Shown here: piece after piece, positions 1-9,584 of the stretch
How positions within the stretch are numbered: position 1 is the stretch's first letter
Layout of the letters: every line of letters begins with the position of its first letter
Assembly: GCA_965207735.1 (NCBI GenBank)
Contig: OZ242296.1
Location: forward strand, 3,040,001 to 3,104,000
DNA from: Candidatus Versatilivorator sp.
GTDB lineage: Bacteria; Acidobacteriota; Terriglobia; Versatilivoradales; Versatilivoraceae
Direction: 5' to 3'
DNA length: 64,000 bases
Made by a program: the position numbers and the translations under genes
Notes under the pieces: model-generated
Seen by the model: the letters and a program-made list of their open reading frames with translations, nothing else
Databases searched by the model: none
What the model was told of the DNA's origin: nothing

Positions 1-14
1 TGCAGAAGGTATCG

Positions 15-1553
15 TTGGAACGGCAAAGCGACCTGCCAAGCCACAGGATGGATTTTCGGCGAAAGACGGGTTTTGCGAGAGACCCGGCCATCGCTCACCC
101 CATTCGACTCCTCTTTGCCGCTGCTTTCGTGGTCGGCGCCTCCTGTTCAGCATTTGTCTTTGGCCAGGCCAAGGACCCTCTGGACTCCTCGAAGGTGCTG
201 AAACTGACCACCTTCGCCACCCATTCTTCAGCCACCGCGCCGGAAATCGCCATCGACCTGACCCACCCAAGGGATGGGTCCGGAAGAATCTTTGTCAGCA
301 CCAACGAGGGCAGGGTCCATGCCTTCTCGTCCAGCGGAAAGACCCTTGGAACCTTCCTGGATTTCAACACGGCTCAAGTTGCCGACTTTGTAGCTGCTCT
401 GGATTTCACAACCAACGGGCTCTCCTACATGGCGTTCCATCCGGACTACGCCAGAGCCGGCGCTCCGGGAGAAGGAAAGCTTTACACCTTCTACAAGAGC
501 CGGATGCCGGGAACCCGCGCCCCGGACTACAGCGGAGCCGCACTTGCGACAAGGCCGGGAGACGTGCTCAGTCAGTACGTCCTGGTCGAATGGACCGTCG
601 ACAGGAACGATCCCAACCGTATCGATAGCGAATCCCGTCGCGAGGTGATCAGGATCGAATTCAGTGGTCCGGGCGACACCGTCCACTCGGTCGGAGAGAT
701 CAGCTTCAACCCGTTCAGCAGGCCGGGCCAGGCCGACTACGGGAATCTCTACCTCACACTGGGCGACGCCTTTGCCGGAGGGGCTTTGAAGAACTTCCAG
801 TTCGTGCAGGACCGGGACAATCCGTTCGGCAAGGTGCTGCGCATCAACCCGCTTCAGAAGGGCGACGCCCCTTATTCCGTCCCTCCAGACAATCCATTCC
901 AGGATGGCGGACCCCTGCTTGACGACGACGACAATGCGGAAGAGATCTTCGCCTGGGGCCTGCGCTATCCCCAGAACTTCAGCTTCGCCAGGGACACTCG
1001 AAACAACCACCGTTTGATCGTATTCGACATCGGCGCCACCGACTTCGAAGAAGTCAACATCGTGGACCTGGGCGACAACCACGGCTGGACGCGCTACCGC
1101 GGCCCGGTCGAAGCGAACCCAAAAACAATACTGAGCCTGCCACCCCGGTCCAGGCTCGAGTTTCCCGCTGCCGTTTATGACCACACCATACCGACCCTTC
1201 CCGGCGAGACCCCCGCAAAGGGAAGCGCGGCCATTACCGGCGGGTTCGTGGTCTCGGATCCTGAAGATCCGGGTTTCCAAGAACAGCTGATCTTCGGCGA
1301 CCTGGCTCGCTGTGCCTTCTTCCACGCCGACTTCGAGGAGTTGCTGGCAGCCGACGCAGCCGATACCCAAGCGCCCGTGCGCGTGATGGCGGTGAGCGTC
1401 GACGGTAGTGCCCCCGGACTCTTCTGTGACTCGATCGGCAAGGATCGCGGCGATGCCCGCTTTGGCGTGGATGAGAGGGGCCGACTCTTCCTGATCAGCA
1501 AACAGACCAACACAATCTTTCTCACCAACCTGATCGCCGACCAGTCGCCCTGA
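15..1553 (+). CDS. PQQ-dependent glucose/sorbosone dehydrogenase family (beta-propeller) secreted protein
   Basis: Motifs GKVLRINP...YSVPPDNPF, EIFAWGLRYPQNFSF and DIGATDFEEVNIVDLGDNHGW are typical of the GSDH family; hydrophobic N-terminal segment; true start may be the ATG at 48. Confidence 0.8.
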   Translation: MERQSDLPSHRMDFRRKTGFARDPAIAHPIRLLFAAAFVVGASCSAFVFGQAKDPLDSSKVLKLTTFATHSSATAPEIAIDLTHPRDGSGRIFVSTNEGRVHAFSSSGKTLGTFLDFNTAQVADFVAALDFTTNGLSYMAFHPDYARAGAPGEGKLYTFYKSRMPGTRAPDYSGAALATRPGDVLSQYVLVEWTVDRNDPNRIDSESRREVIRIEFSGPGDTVHSVGEISFNPFSRPGQADYGNLYLTLGDAFAGGALKNFQFVQDRDNPFGKVLRINPLQKGDAPYSVPPDNPFQDGGPLLDDDDNAEEIFAWGLRYPQNFSFARDTRNNHRLIVFDIGATDFEEVNIVDLGDNHGWTRYRGPVEANPKTILSLPPRSRLEFPAAVYDHTIPTLPGETPAKGSAAITGGFVVSDPEDPGFQEQLIFGDLARCAFFHADFEELLAADAADTQAPVRVMAVSVDGSAPGLFCDSIGKDRGDARFGVDERGRLFLISKQTNTIFLTNLIADQSP

Positions 1554-1572
1554 CCCCAGGATGGGTGCACGG

Positions 1573-3084
1573 CTATCGATCCCCGCGGGGCCGGACCGCG
1601 CTGACCAGTTGCGCGTAGAGTAGTGTCACCAGGCAGGAGGAGGGGATGATCCACATGAAGGACAACGGGCGATCTTCGGGGAAGACGCCGAAAGTATGCC
1701 CCCAGCCCACCACCAGGCCGAAGAGCATGCCCGCGCAGGTGGCCTGAACGGCGATGGGGCCGGTGCAGCGCCTCACCCAGATGGCCGCCAGGAACAACCC
1801 GCCCAACCCGCCCACCGGGAAGCTGCTCACCCGTTGGGCCAGCTCCAGCAGATTGCCCCGGATGTGTTCCGGGATCAGAAACAGCGCCAGGCACATCAGG
1901 ATCGACAACAAACCCACGGCCACGGTAAGCCCGCGGGCCAGCAGGAGCTGGGCCGCGGGTGCCAACGGCGTCGCACGCCAGCGTTCCACGTAGTCCACGC
2001 TGATGACGGTAGCCACCGAGTTCATCCCCGAGTCCAGGCTGGACATGGCGGCGCTGAACAGGGCCGCCACCACCAGCCCCGCCAGACCGCGCGGGAGCTG
2101 CGAGCGAATGAAGTAGGGAAAGGTCTGGTCGGCGTCGGCCGGAGGCTGGCCCTGGTAATAAGTGTAGAGAGCTATGCCCACAGCCACCAGCGCCAGCGTC
2201 ACCAGCAAGCCGGAAATCAGGTCGCAGGCGCTGGACCAGCGGGCCGCTCTCGCCGAAGCGGTGGACATCAGCCGCTGGACAGCCACCTGGTCGCCGGCAT
2301 AGGTGCAGACGTACCAGAAAAAGCCCAGCAGGCCCATTCCCACCAGCGTAACCCGTTCGTAGGGGTCGAAGCTGAAAATGGGCTGGACCGGCCGATCGGC
2401 GGCGTCGATGGCCTGCCACCAGGCAACCGGCCCCGTTCCGGTTTCGGCAACCACATAGGCCACGGTGAAGAGGGCGCCGCCGAAGAGAATGAAGAACTGG
2501 GCCACGTCGGTCCAGATCACGGCGCGCATCCCGCCCAGGGTGGTGTAGACCACCGCGATCACCCCGATGCCCGCCAGGATGAGCAGCCGGTCCAGCTGGG
2601 TGATCTGCGCCAGCGCCAGGGTCGAGGAAAAGAGCACCAGCCCCATCCAGTTCAGGCGAACGACCAGGAAGATGGCGGAGGCGAACATGCGGGTGCCGAC
2701 GTCGAACCGCTGCTCCAGATACTCGTAGATGCTGGTGACCCGCAGGCGCAGAAAGACCGGCACCAGCCCGTAGGCGATGACCAGGTAGATGAGGGGATAG
2801 AAGACCAGGCCGCCCATGGCCCCCATGACGCCGTACTTGATGACCTCGCCGGGTGTGGCCAGGTAGCTGACGGTAGAGGTCAAAGTGGCCATCAGGCTCA
2901 GCCCCACCGCGAACCAGGGCATGCGGCGTCCCCCGAGGAAATACTCTTCCGCGGAGTGTTGGCGGCGGGAGAAGATCAGGGCCATCCACACGGTAGCCAC
3001 CAAATAGGCCCCGATCATGGAGTAGTCCAGCCATTGAAGTTGGTGGAAGGCAGCCTCGACCGCGGTGGGAGCCTCGAGCGGCAT
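1573..3084 (-). CDS. Sodium:solute symporter (SSS family, SiaT/YidK-like)
   Basis: EYFLGGRRMPWFAVGLSLMAT, YTTLGGMRAVIWTDVAQ, DQVAVQRLM and AAMSSLDSGMNS motifs; many transmembrane segments; start taken at MPLEAPT. Confidence 0.9.
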   Translation of the reverse strand: MPLEAPTAVEAAFHQLQWLDYSMIGAYLVATVWMALIFSRRQHSAEEYFLGGRRMPWFAVGLSLMATLTSTVSYLATPGEVIKYGVMGAMGGLVFYPLIYLVIAYGLVPVFLRLRVTSIYEYLEQRFDVGTRMFASAIFLVVRLNWMGLVLFSSTLALAQITQLDRLLILAGIGVIAVVYTTLGGMRAVIWTDVAQFFILFGGALFTVAYVVAETGTGPVAWWQAIDAADRPVQPIFSFDPYERVTLVGMGLLGFFWYVCTYAGDQVAVQRLMSTASARAARWSSACDLISGLLVTLALVAVGIALYTYYQGQPPADADQTFPYFIRSQLPRGLAGLVVAALFSAAMSSLDSGMNSVATVISVDYVERWRATPLAPAAQLLLARGLTVAVGLLSILMCLALFLIPEHIRGNLLELAQRVSSFPVGGLGGLFLAAIWVRRCTGPIAVQATCAGMLFGLVVGWGHTFGVFPEDRPLSFMWIIPSSCLVTLLYAQLVSAVRPRGDR

Positions 3085-3394
3085 GGCGGTTTTCTCGGGG
3101 CAAGGTGGTAGCCGGATCCCGGGCGGCTGATATCGATAGGACCATAGACGGCGCGGGCGGATGGAACTACAGGTTAGCCACGCCCCCATCCCACAGAACG
3201 GGACGGATCATACAGAGTTAAAAACCGGAAGTTCATGGCCTGTCGGGAACAAGGGCTTTGTCGTGCTAATTCGGATTGCTGCGTAATTGAACATTGATGC
3301 ACAGGATAGACAGGATTAACAGGAAAAGACTCTGCGCCACAGGAATCTGACTGGTTGATGATCGAGCGCGCCTTTGTGGATAACTCCTTTTTCT

Positions 3395-4268
3395 CTTGAG
3401 GCGTTTGCAAAATGCGGCAGCGGGATTCTTGCCGGGAATGGCCACAAAAGGCACAAAAACACAAAAAGAGCGGAACGAATCAAGAATTCGTTTTGTGCCT
3501 TTTGTGGTGAACCCGCAATTCCCACCGGGTCGCACCCGATATTGAAAAAGGCAGAACATCACGTTTGCCGGCGAATTCAAAGACGAACCACGAATGGACA
3601 CGAATAGGGATGGACCCCCTTCAATGACCAACCGCGCCCGAATGTATCTGCGATATCGTGACCTTGATATCCCGACGTCATGGGAGGGAGCCACCCGGGA
3701 GCGCGGGCGTCCCGCCCGCAACCTTATTCGTGCAAGCAGCCTGCGATCCAGGGGCATTCCCTCGAACAGTGCACCAAACCGGCCTTTGCAGGGTTCGCTA
3801 CTATGGTGCCAAGTCCTATGCGGGCGAGACGCCCGCGCTCCCGGGTGGGCGTTCTCCCATTCACTCTTGCTCCTCAAGAGAGCGTGTCGGGTTGCCGGGC
3901 CGCAGCCCTGCCGTGCAGGTCATGCGAAAGAGCCTCTTGCAATATCGGCAGTGGGACAGGTCGTTTTGCCGGCAATCGTGATGTTCTGCCTATTTCAATA
4001 GTCGGGTGCGACTTGGTGAAAAAGGGGAGTTCACCACAAAAAGCACAAAAGGCACAAAACGGATTTCGTGATTTCGAGTCTTGGCAATCCGAAGTTGATC
4101 CCCATGGCGACGGGTTGACCGGATGTATGCAGATAGCGCGGAACTTGTGCGACGGGTTCGGGAGTCAACGTCTTGCAGGCTTTCAGTGTTCTGCTCTTTT
4201 TGTGTTTTTTGTGCCTTTTGTGGCCATTTCCGGCAAAGGTCACGCTGCCGAATTTTGCAAAAGGCTCA
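3395..4268. repeat. Large imperfect inverted repeat (arms ~3395-3575 and ~3963-4268) enclosing a REP pair
   Basis: GCAAAATGCGGCAGCGGGATTCTTGCCGGGAATGGCCACAAAAGGCACAAAAACACAAAAAGAGC is mirrored at ~4190-4260; GTCGCACCCGATATTGAAAAAGGCAGAACATCACG is mirrored at ~3976-4012. Confidence 0.85.
3691..3848. repeat. Inverted pair of GGAG-type REP palindromes (REPIN-like doublet)
   Basis: CCACCCGGGAGCGCGGGCGTCCCGCCCGCA (3691-3720) and its 29/30 reverse complement at 3819-3848. Confidence 0.8.
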
Positions 4269-4470
4269 TCATTACGTCGGCTTGTGCGTCACTTCGGCTC
4301 ACCGGCATTTGCTGCCGCCGCTTCGCCGCTCTCAAGGAAGCCGGCTAAAGCAGCATATTCTCAGGTAAGTCCGGCCCCCGCCCTGGTGTGCGGATCATAC
4401 ATAGAGTGAAACAATCAGAAATCGATCAACCCTTCGTGAACTTGGTACCCCGTCGCGGTCAACCTCAGCG

Positions 4471-4510
4471 CCTTCGTGCCCCTTCGTGGTCCTTCGTGAC
4501 CCTTCGTGGA
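4471..4510 (+). repeat. 10-bp tandem repeat CCTTCGTGNN x4
   Basis: ccttcgtgcc ccttcgtggt ccttcgtgac ccttcgtgga; related array at 47948-47977. Confidence 0.85.
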
Positions 4511-4629
4511 TAAGTCTTTTTCTTTTGTCGTTTTGTCGTTTGTCGGTTGTTTCAGACAAGTCCCGCCCCCGCCCCCCACGACGGGCGGATCATTCGAGGG
4601 TGAAACAACGGATCATTGTGAAAGAATAA

Positions 4630-4790
4630 GCACCTGGCGAGACTCCGGCAGCTACGCCCCGTTCCAGCATTGGTGCCCCGTGCCCCAAGACAAGTCTGGG
4701 TCCGAGCAGGTCATCATTCATTAGTGAGGCTTCCCGGGAAGCTCTCCTCAAGGCAAGAATCCGAACGACCACGCCAACTCGGGCCGGAGC
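4630..4790 (+). ncRNA. Candidate IS110 bridge (seek) RNA
   Basis: Two internal-loop modules [guide]-TGG/TAG-hairpin-[guide ending AG]; segments AGACAAG (4688-4694) and AGGCAAG (4751-4757) match the left and right junctions. Confidence 0.6.
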
Positions 4791-4815
4791 CCTCGCCCTG
4801 GAGGAGGCCAATCTC

Positions 4816-6222
4816 ATGCAAAAGAGCAGGAAAGTCAACACGAAGGCGAAGAAGACCCCGAAGAAGAAGCGCAGCCGTTCGACAGCCTTGTCGCGGATCC
4901 ACCCCGAGGTGGCAGGGATCGACCTGGGGAGTCGGGAGCACTGGGTGTGCGCTCCGGAGGTGACCCCAGGGAAGCCGAACGTGCGCACCTTCGGCACCAC
5001 CATGGAGCAGTTGCAGCAACTGGCCGACTGGTTGCTGGAGCAAGGGGTGGAGTCGGTGGCGATGGAGAGCACCAACGTGTATTGGATTCCCCTCTACGAA
5101 CTGCTGGAGTCCTGCGGCATCGAGGTCTTGCTGGTCAACGCCCGGCAGTTGCGCTACGTTCCGGGCCGCAAGACCGACATGCGGGACTGCCAGTGGATCC
5201 AGTTGCTGCACAGTTGCGGCTTGCTGCGGGGATCCTTCCGTCCGCACGAGGCGATCGTCCGGGTTCGGACCCTGCACCGGCAACTGAGCACTCTGGGGGC
5301 CGAGAGTACCCGCTTTGTGCAGTGGATGCAGAAGGCGCTGGATCAGATGAACGTCCAGATCCATCGTGCGGTCACCGATCTGACCGGTCAGACGGGGATG
5401 GCGATCGTGCGGGCGATTGTCGACGGCGAACGGGACCCGGTCCGTCTGGCGGGTCTGCGGGACCGACGGTGCAAGAAGTCCAGCCGGGAGTTTGCCGAGC
5501 ACCTCAGAGGCAACTGGCGAGAAGAGCATCTGTTCAACCTCAAGTCGGCGCTGAAGCTCTACGACATGACTCAACGCGAGATTGCGGCCTATGAGGCCCG
5601 CATCCTGGAGGAAATCCAGGCGCTGCAACCGGTGGAGCGCCACGACCAGCCCGTGCCGAAGCATCCCAATGCGATCAAGGAAAAGGCGATTCGCCGCCGC
5701 GGTGGGCACCACCTGCGCACCGAACTGTGGCGCTTTGCCGGAGTCGATCTGACGCGTATCGACGGCATCGGCACCGAAGCGGCCCTGACCCTGCTGACTG
5801 AGGCCGGCCTCGACCTGACGGCCTTCCCCTCGGAGAAGCACTTTGTATCCTGGCTGCGCCTGGCTCCAAAAACGGCCGTCTCCGCAGGCAAGCCGCTCCA
5901 CTACAAGAAGGCCAACAGCACCGGGTCTACTCGCGCCGCCGCCGTCCTGCGCATGGCAGCCGTCTCTCTGAAGCACTCCAAGACCGCTCTGGGGGCCGCC
6001 TTCCGTCGCAAGGCCCGCCACAAGGGATGGAGTGTCGCCGTCTTCTCCATGGCTCGCCGGCTGGCCGTTCTCGTCTACCGCATGCTGCGCTACGGCCAGG
6101 ACTACATCGACATCGGGGAAGCGTGCTACGAGGACCGGTTCCGGCGACGACGCCTCGCGGGCCTCAAAGATGCCGCTAAGTCTCTTGGTTTCAACCTCGT
6201 TCCACAAATCGCAGCCGCTTGA
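4816..6222 (+). CDS. IS110 family transposase / DEDD recombinase
   Basis: RuvC-like DEDD motifs AGIDLG, VAMESTNVYW and PGRKTDMRDCQWI; C-terminal LTRIDGIG...SWLRLAPKTAVSAGK containing the candidate catalytic Ser; RBS GGAGG upstream. Confidence 0.95.
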   Translation: MQKSRKVNTKAKKTPKKKRSRSTALSRIHPEVAGIDLGSREHWVCAPEVTPGKPNVRTFGTTMEQLQQLADWLLEQGVESVAMESTNVYWIPLYELLESCGIEVLLVNARQLRYVPGRKTDMRDCQWIQLLHSCGLLRGSFRPHEAIVRVRTLHRQLSTLGAESTRFVQWMQKALDQMNVQIHRAVTDLTGQTGMAIVRAIVDGERDPVRLAGLRDRRCKKSSREFAEHLRGNWREEHLFNLKSALKLYDMTQREIAAYEARILEEIQALQPVERHDQPVPKHPNAIKEKAIRRRGGHHLRTELWRFAGVDLTRIDGIGTEAALTLLTEAGLDLTAFPSEKHFVSWLRLAPKTAVSAGKPLHYKKANSTGSTRAAAVLRMAAVSLKHSKTALGAAFRRKARHKGWSVAVFSMARRLAVLVYRMLRYGQDYIDIGEACYEDRFRRRRLAGLKDAAKSLGFNLVPQIAAA

Positions 6223-6301
6223 ACTGCGGGGTTGTTTCAGGCAAGCGCGAACGCCCGATTGCCAGCTCGCAGGCCGGGGACGGCACTCAACTACTTGTGC
6301 C

Positions 6302-7099
6302 TCAGGAGCTTGAGGCAGGCTGGATCTCTCGAATCCGCCTGGCGACCTCCGATGCGTGCCGGTAGAGGGTGATCCAGTCGCCGTCCACCGCGATCCAGGA
6401 AAGCCCCAGGGCCAGCCAGCGCCGGATGCCCTGCGGGTCGTAGCCGGTGGAATGGCCAACGGGGATCCCCTTCCGGATGGCTGCCCGGTAAATCTTCTCG
6501 CAGGCGGCCGTCACCTCCGGATGTCCGGCATGGCCGCCCAGCCCCATGCTGGCGCTCAGGTCGCCCGGTCCGGCCACGATGCTGTCCAGGCCCGGAATGT
6601 CCAGGATGGCGTCGATCTCTTCCACGGCCTGGATGTGCTCGATCTGGAGTATCAGCAGCATCTGCCGGTCGATCTCGGCCAGGTATTGCGGCGGCGCCAC
6701 AGCTCCGAACCGCACCCCTCGGGCCGGACCGAACCCGCGCACGCCCCGGGGCGGGTAGTGGAAACTGGCCACGGCCCGTTTGGCATCGTGAATGCTTTCG
6801 ATGCGGGGAACGATGACGGCGGCGGGGTGCAGTTCCAGGTAGGGCTTCATGACCACCGGATCGTTGGAAGGCACCCTCACGAAAGCGGCGGCGCCCGCGC
6901 CTCGCGCAGCCCGGATGTGGTCCAGCGCCTGGGAGAGGCTGATGGCCGAGTGCTCGCAGTCGATCCACACGAAGTCGTAGCCCGCCTCCCCGAACAGTTC
7001 GCTCACGGCCGCATCGGTCAGGGCGACCGCCGTGCCCAGGGAGAGCTCTCCCCGCTTCCACTGGTCTCTGATCTTCTCGATCTGGTTCATGGTCTCCAT
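6302..7099 (-). CDS. HpcH/HpaI (2-keto-3-deoxy-sugar acid) aldolase family
   Basis: GYDFVWIDCEH, YPPRGVRGFGP, QIEH and GPGDLSASMG motifs. Confidence 0.9.
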   Translation of the reverse strand: METMNQIEKIRDQWKRGELSLGTAVALTDAAVSELFGEAGYDFVWIDCEHSAISLSQALDHIRAARGAGAAAFVRVPSNDPVVMKPYLELHPAAVIVPRIESIHDAKRAVASFHYPPRGVRGFGPARGVRFGAVAPPQYLAEIDRQMLLILQIEHIQAVEEIDAILDIPGLDSIVAGPGDLSASMGLGGHAGHPEVTAACEKIYRAAIRKGIPVGHSTGYDPQGIRRWLALGLSWIAVDGDWITLYRHASEVARRIREIQPASSS

Positions 7100-7160
7100 T
7101 CTCGCTTTCCGGACGACACGATCGTTTCCCCGGCCGGCGGGCGATTCCCGCCAAGGCCCT

Positions 7161-7976
7161 TCAATTCAGGGCTTCCACCCGCTGGCTCTGGCTCAGCAAC
7201 TGCTTTCCCCGATCCGACAGTTCCTCGTAGTCCCGCGCCGCCATCCGGATAGGGTGGTTGCGGGAATCGTACCAGGAAAGCCGGTAGCTGATGTCCAGCT
7301 CCATGCGGGCATGGTCGGAGCGGTTGGGCGTCCCCCGATGGATCACCCGCGCATCGCAAATGTAGGCGGAGCCGCGCTTCAGGTTCAGGCGCATCCTGGA
7401 AGGATAGCGCCCCGACTCGATCATTCGGTTCAATTCCCGGCCCCCGCCCGACCCCGGCATATGGCTCAGTTCGGGCACGCCGCAGTGATGGGTGCTGGGC
7501 AAAAGCTCGAAGCTGCCGTTCTGCTCGTTGGTGTCCACCAGGGCAACCTTCAGCGACAGGGCCGGAAAGACCGGCAACACCACGTTGGCCGCAAACAGCT
7601 CGCCGTCCCGGTGCCAGTTCATGACGCCGCATCCCGGGCAGGGATGGTAGGAGATATAGTCGCTGATCAGGAAATCGCTGCTGCCCCACAACCGTTCCAG
7701 CAACTGAAGGACGGTGGCGTTTTCATAGAGGGCTGGATCGGCGAACGGCATCCTCCAGGGCGTTTCGATCTTGTAGCGCAGCGGCTCGGTGACGCGGCCG
7801 CGGCCGGTGTCCAGATCCCCGCTCAGGACCTTGCAGTCGCGGGACCGAACCCGCTCCAGCATGGGCAGCAATTCCGCGTGAAGCGCTTCGACCTTGCTGG
7901 ACGGGATGAAGTCCTCGAAGACCACGTAGCCGTTGATCAGGAATTCCTGGATCAGTTGATCGATCGGAACCGGCAT
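7161..7976 (-). CDS. Phytanoyl-CoA dioxygenase (PhyH) family Fe/2OG dioxygenase
   Basis: FLINGYVV, WHRD, VALVDTNEQNGSFELLPSTH and HRGTPNRSDHAR motifs. Confidence 0.85.
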   Translation of the reverse strand: MPVPIDQLIQEFLINGYVVFEDFIPSSKVEALHAELLPMLERVRSRDCKVLSGDLDTGRGRVTEPLRYKIETPWRMPFADPALYENATVLQLLERLWGSSDFLISDYISYHPCPGCGVMNWHRDGELFAANVVLPVFPALSLKVALVDTNEQNGSFELLPSTHHCGVPELSHMPGSGGGRELNRMIESGRYPSRMRLNLKRGSAYICDARVIHRGTPNRSDHARMELDISYRLSWYDSRNHPIRMAARDYEELSDRGKQLLSQSQRVEALN

Positions 7977-8051
7977 GCTGTCCTAACCTGAAACACCCCT
8001 GTTTCACCCTGTATCACCGGCCCCGTTATATGGAGAAACGGCGACCCGGCC

Positions 8052-8088
8052 AAGTGAAAAGTGAATAGTGGCTAGTGGAGAGTGAAGA
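8052..8088 (+). repeat. Heptamer tandem repeat (NAGTGRN)
   Basis: aagtgaa aagtgaa tagtggc tagtgga gagtgaa. Confidence 0.6.
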
Positions 8089-8255
8089 GCTATTGGATCG
8101 ACACGCAAAGCATCTTGTCGGTTTCGGCGCAGTCTCTCTAGTAAGCGCAGTCAGGTCATCAAGCGCTTGTCCGTTCCCGAAACCCTCGGCTGGCCGCTCT
8201 CCTCTCTCCACTCGTCAGGAGTCTACCTGTTTGGCGGTGTTGGGGACAACCTGGG

Positions 8256-9560
8256 CTAATTCAGCATCTCCGCCGCCGACTTGATCGACTCCACCGCGCC
8301 CCACAGGGCCAGAACGAACAGAAATCCCATGAGAAGATTCTCCCACCAGCGGTTACGGTAGCGCGGGCCGATCAGGCGCGGGCTGGCCGTGATCCACCAG
8401 AGGCCGCCGGCCAGGGCCGGAATGAGGACCACCATCAGGGTATTGACCAGCAGCGTCAGCCTGACGAAGTCGGCACGCTCGGTGAAGATCCAGACCAGCG
8501 GCGAGACCAGGGTCCAGACCGCCACCAGCCGGTAGACGGGATGGAGGCGGTGGTCGGAAGGGGGCGCTTCCGGGGTCCGCCAGCGCCGGTAGGCGTGGCT
8601 GGCCAGACAGCCCAGCCCCAGGCCGCAGCCGAGCAGCGAGGTGTAGACGGCGCCGAACAGACCCAGGAAGAACAGCAACCGCCCGCCGTTGCCGAGCACG
8701 ATCCCCAGCAACCCGGTCAGGTCGTCCAGAGTCCCGATGCGGCTGCCGCCGGCGTGCACCAGCTCGGCCCCCAGGGTCCAGACCGCCAGGTTGAAGAGAA
8801 TCATGGCCCCAATCGCCAGCATGAAGTCGTAGGTCTGCACCCGCCGGTAGGCCGGTCCCCGCCAACCCTTCTGTTCCAGAAAGTAGGGATAGACCAGGTT
8901 CATCAGCGAGCCTCCCACCGCGCCCACCATGGCCATGGCCACCACCATGGCGCCGAAGGGGCCCTGCCGGGCCGGAAGCTGGAAAGTCAGGATACCCTTG
9001 AAGATGCCTGCCAGGTCGGGGCCCACCCAGATGGCGGTGCCGAGGAGGGAGACCGTCATCAGGACCATGAACGCTTTGAAGACCCACTCGACACGGGCGT
9101 ACACCGGCCGGAAGATAATGACCAGTCCGACGGCGACCCAGACCAGTGCCCACTGCCACTCGCGGCCCACCCCGGTCAACTCCACCATGATCTCCCCGAC
9201 ACCGGCCACCATGTAGGTCCCGTTGATGTGGGCGACGATCACCGCTACCACTAGTAGAAAGGGGGCGTACCAGGGGTGGAGCCGGACCAGGCCGTCCAGC
9301 ACCCCCTCTCCGTGGGGATTACAGAGCTGATACTTGGCGATAGTGCTGACAAAGAAGAACCGCATCAGGAGGGCAAACACCATGGCCCACATGAGCGTGT
9401 AGCCGTAGTTGCCCCCGGAGATGCCGGCCGATAGGATGTCTCCGGATCCCAGCCAGGTCAGAACGACCACGAATCCCGGACCGAAGGACTTCACATAATC
9501 CGTAAAGCTGTGGGGAATCGGAGCCGGAGGCGTGGCGTCATCGAGCCTGGACGTGGCCAT
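8256..9560 (-). CDS. Nramp-like (YcsG-type) transporter
   Basis: FGPGFVVVLTWLGSGDILSAGISGGNYGYTLMWA; about 11 transmembrane segments; start at MATSRL. Confidence 0.75.
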   Translation of the reverse strand: MATSRLDDATPPAPIPHSFTDYVKSFGPGFVVVLTWLGSGDILSAGISGGNYGYTLMWAMVFALLMRFFFVSTIAKYQLCNPHGEGVLDGLVRLHPWYAPFLLVVAVIVAHINGTYMVAGVGEIMVELTGVGREWQWALVWVAVGLVIIFRPVYARVEWVFKAFMVLMTVSLLGTAIWVGPDLAGIFKGILTFQLPARQGPFGAMVVAMAMVGAVGGSLMNLVYPYFLEQKGWRGPAYRRVQTYDFMLAIGAMILFNLAVWTLGAELVHAGGSRIGTLDDLTGLLGIVLGNGGRLLFFLGLFGAVYTSLLGCGLGLGCLASHAYRRWRTPEAPPSDHRLHPVYRLVAVWTLVSPLVWIFTERADFVRLTLLVNTLMVVLIPALAGGLWWITASPRLIGPRYRNRWWENLLMGFLFVLALWGAVESIKSAAEMLN

Positions 9561-9584
9561 GGTGGGAACCGTCTTTCCTCCCTG

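Larger units (their letters stand above)
4561..6245 (+). mobile_element. IS110-family insertion sequence (long non-coding left end, very short right end)
   Basis: Transposase at 4816-6222; near-identical junction GGTTGTTTCAG(A/G)CAAG at 4545-4560 and 6230-6245; left boundary uncertain (4561 or ~4625). Confidence 0.8.

Noticed and set aside
3174-4409. ORFs of 69-222 aa in the repeat mosaic
   Set aside because: Translations simply mirror the palindromic and tandem repeats
4471-4510. Possible CRISPR array
   Set aside because: 10-bp tandem units with no spacers and no cas genes in the window
4601-4611. TGAAACAAC as a bridge-RNA guide, or CGG (4609-4611 / 6227-6229) as the IS110 core
   Set aside because: Similar text occurs outside the element (4407-4414, ~8000), so it belongs to the repeat family; the AG core fits the two guide loops better, though the CGG alternative cannot be excluded without empty-site data
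6219-6245. Circle-junction promoter for the IS110
   Set aside because: A -35-like TTGAAC is present but no convincing -10 forms at the proper spacing with either candidate left end
4714-6459. 581-aa minus-strand ORF and similar long shadow ORFs (1175-3145, 12311-13714, 16526-18010, 49654-51036, 55144-56949)
   Set aside because: Antisense or alternate-frame shadows of well-supported genes in high-GC DNA; no motifs
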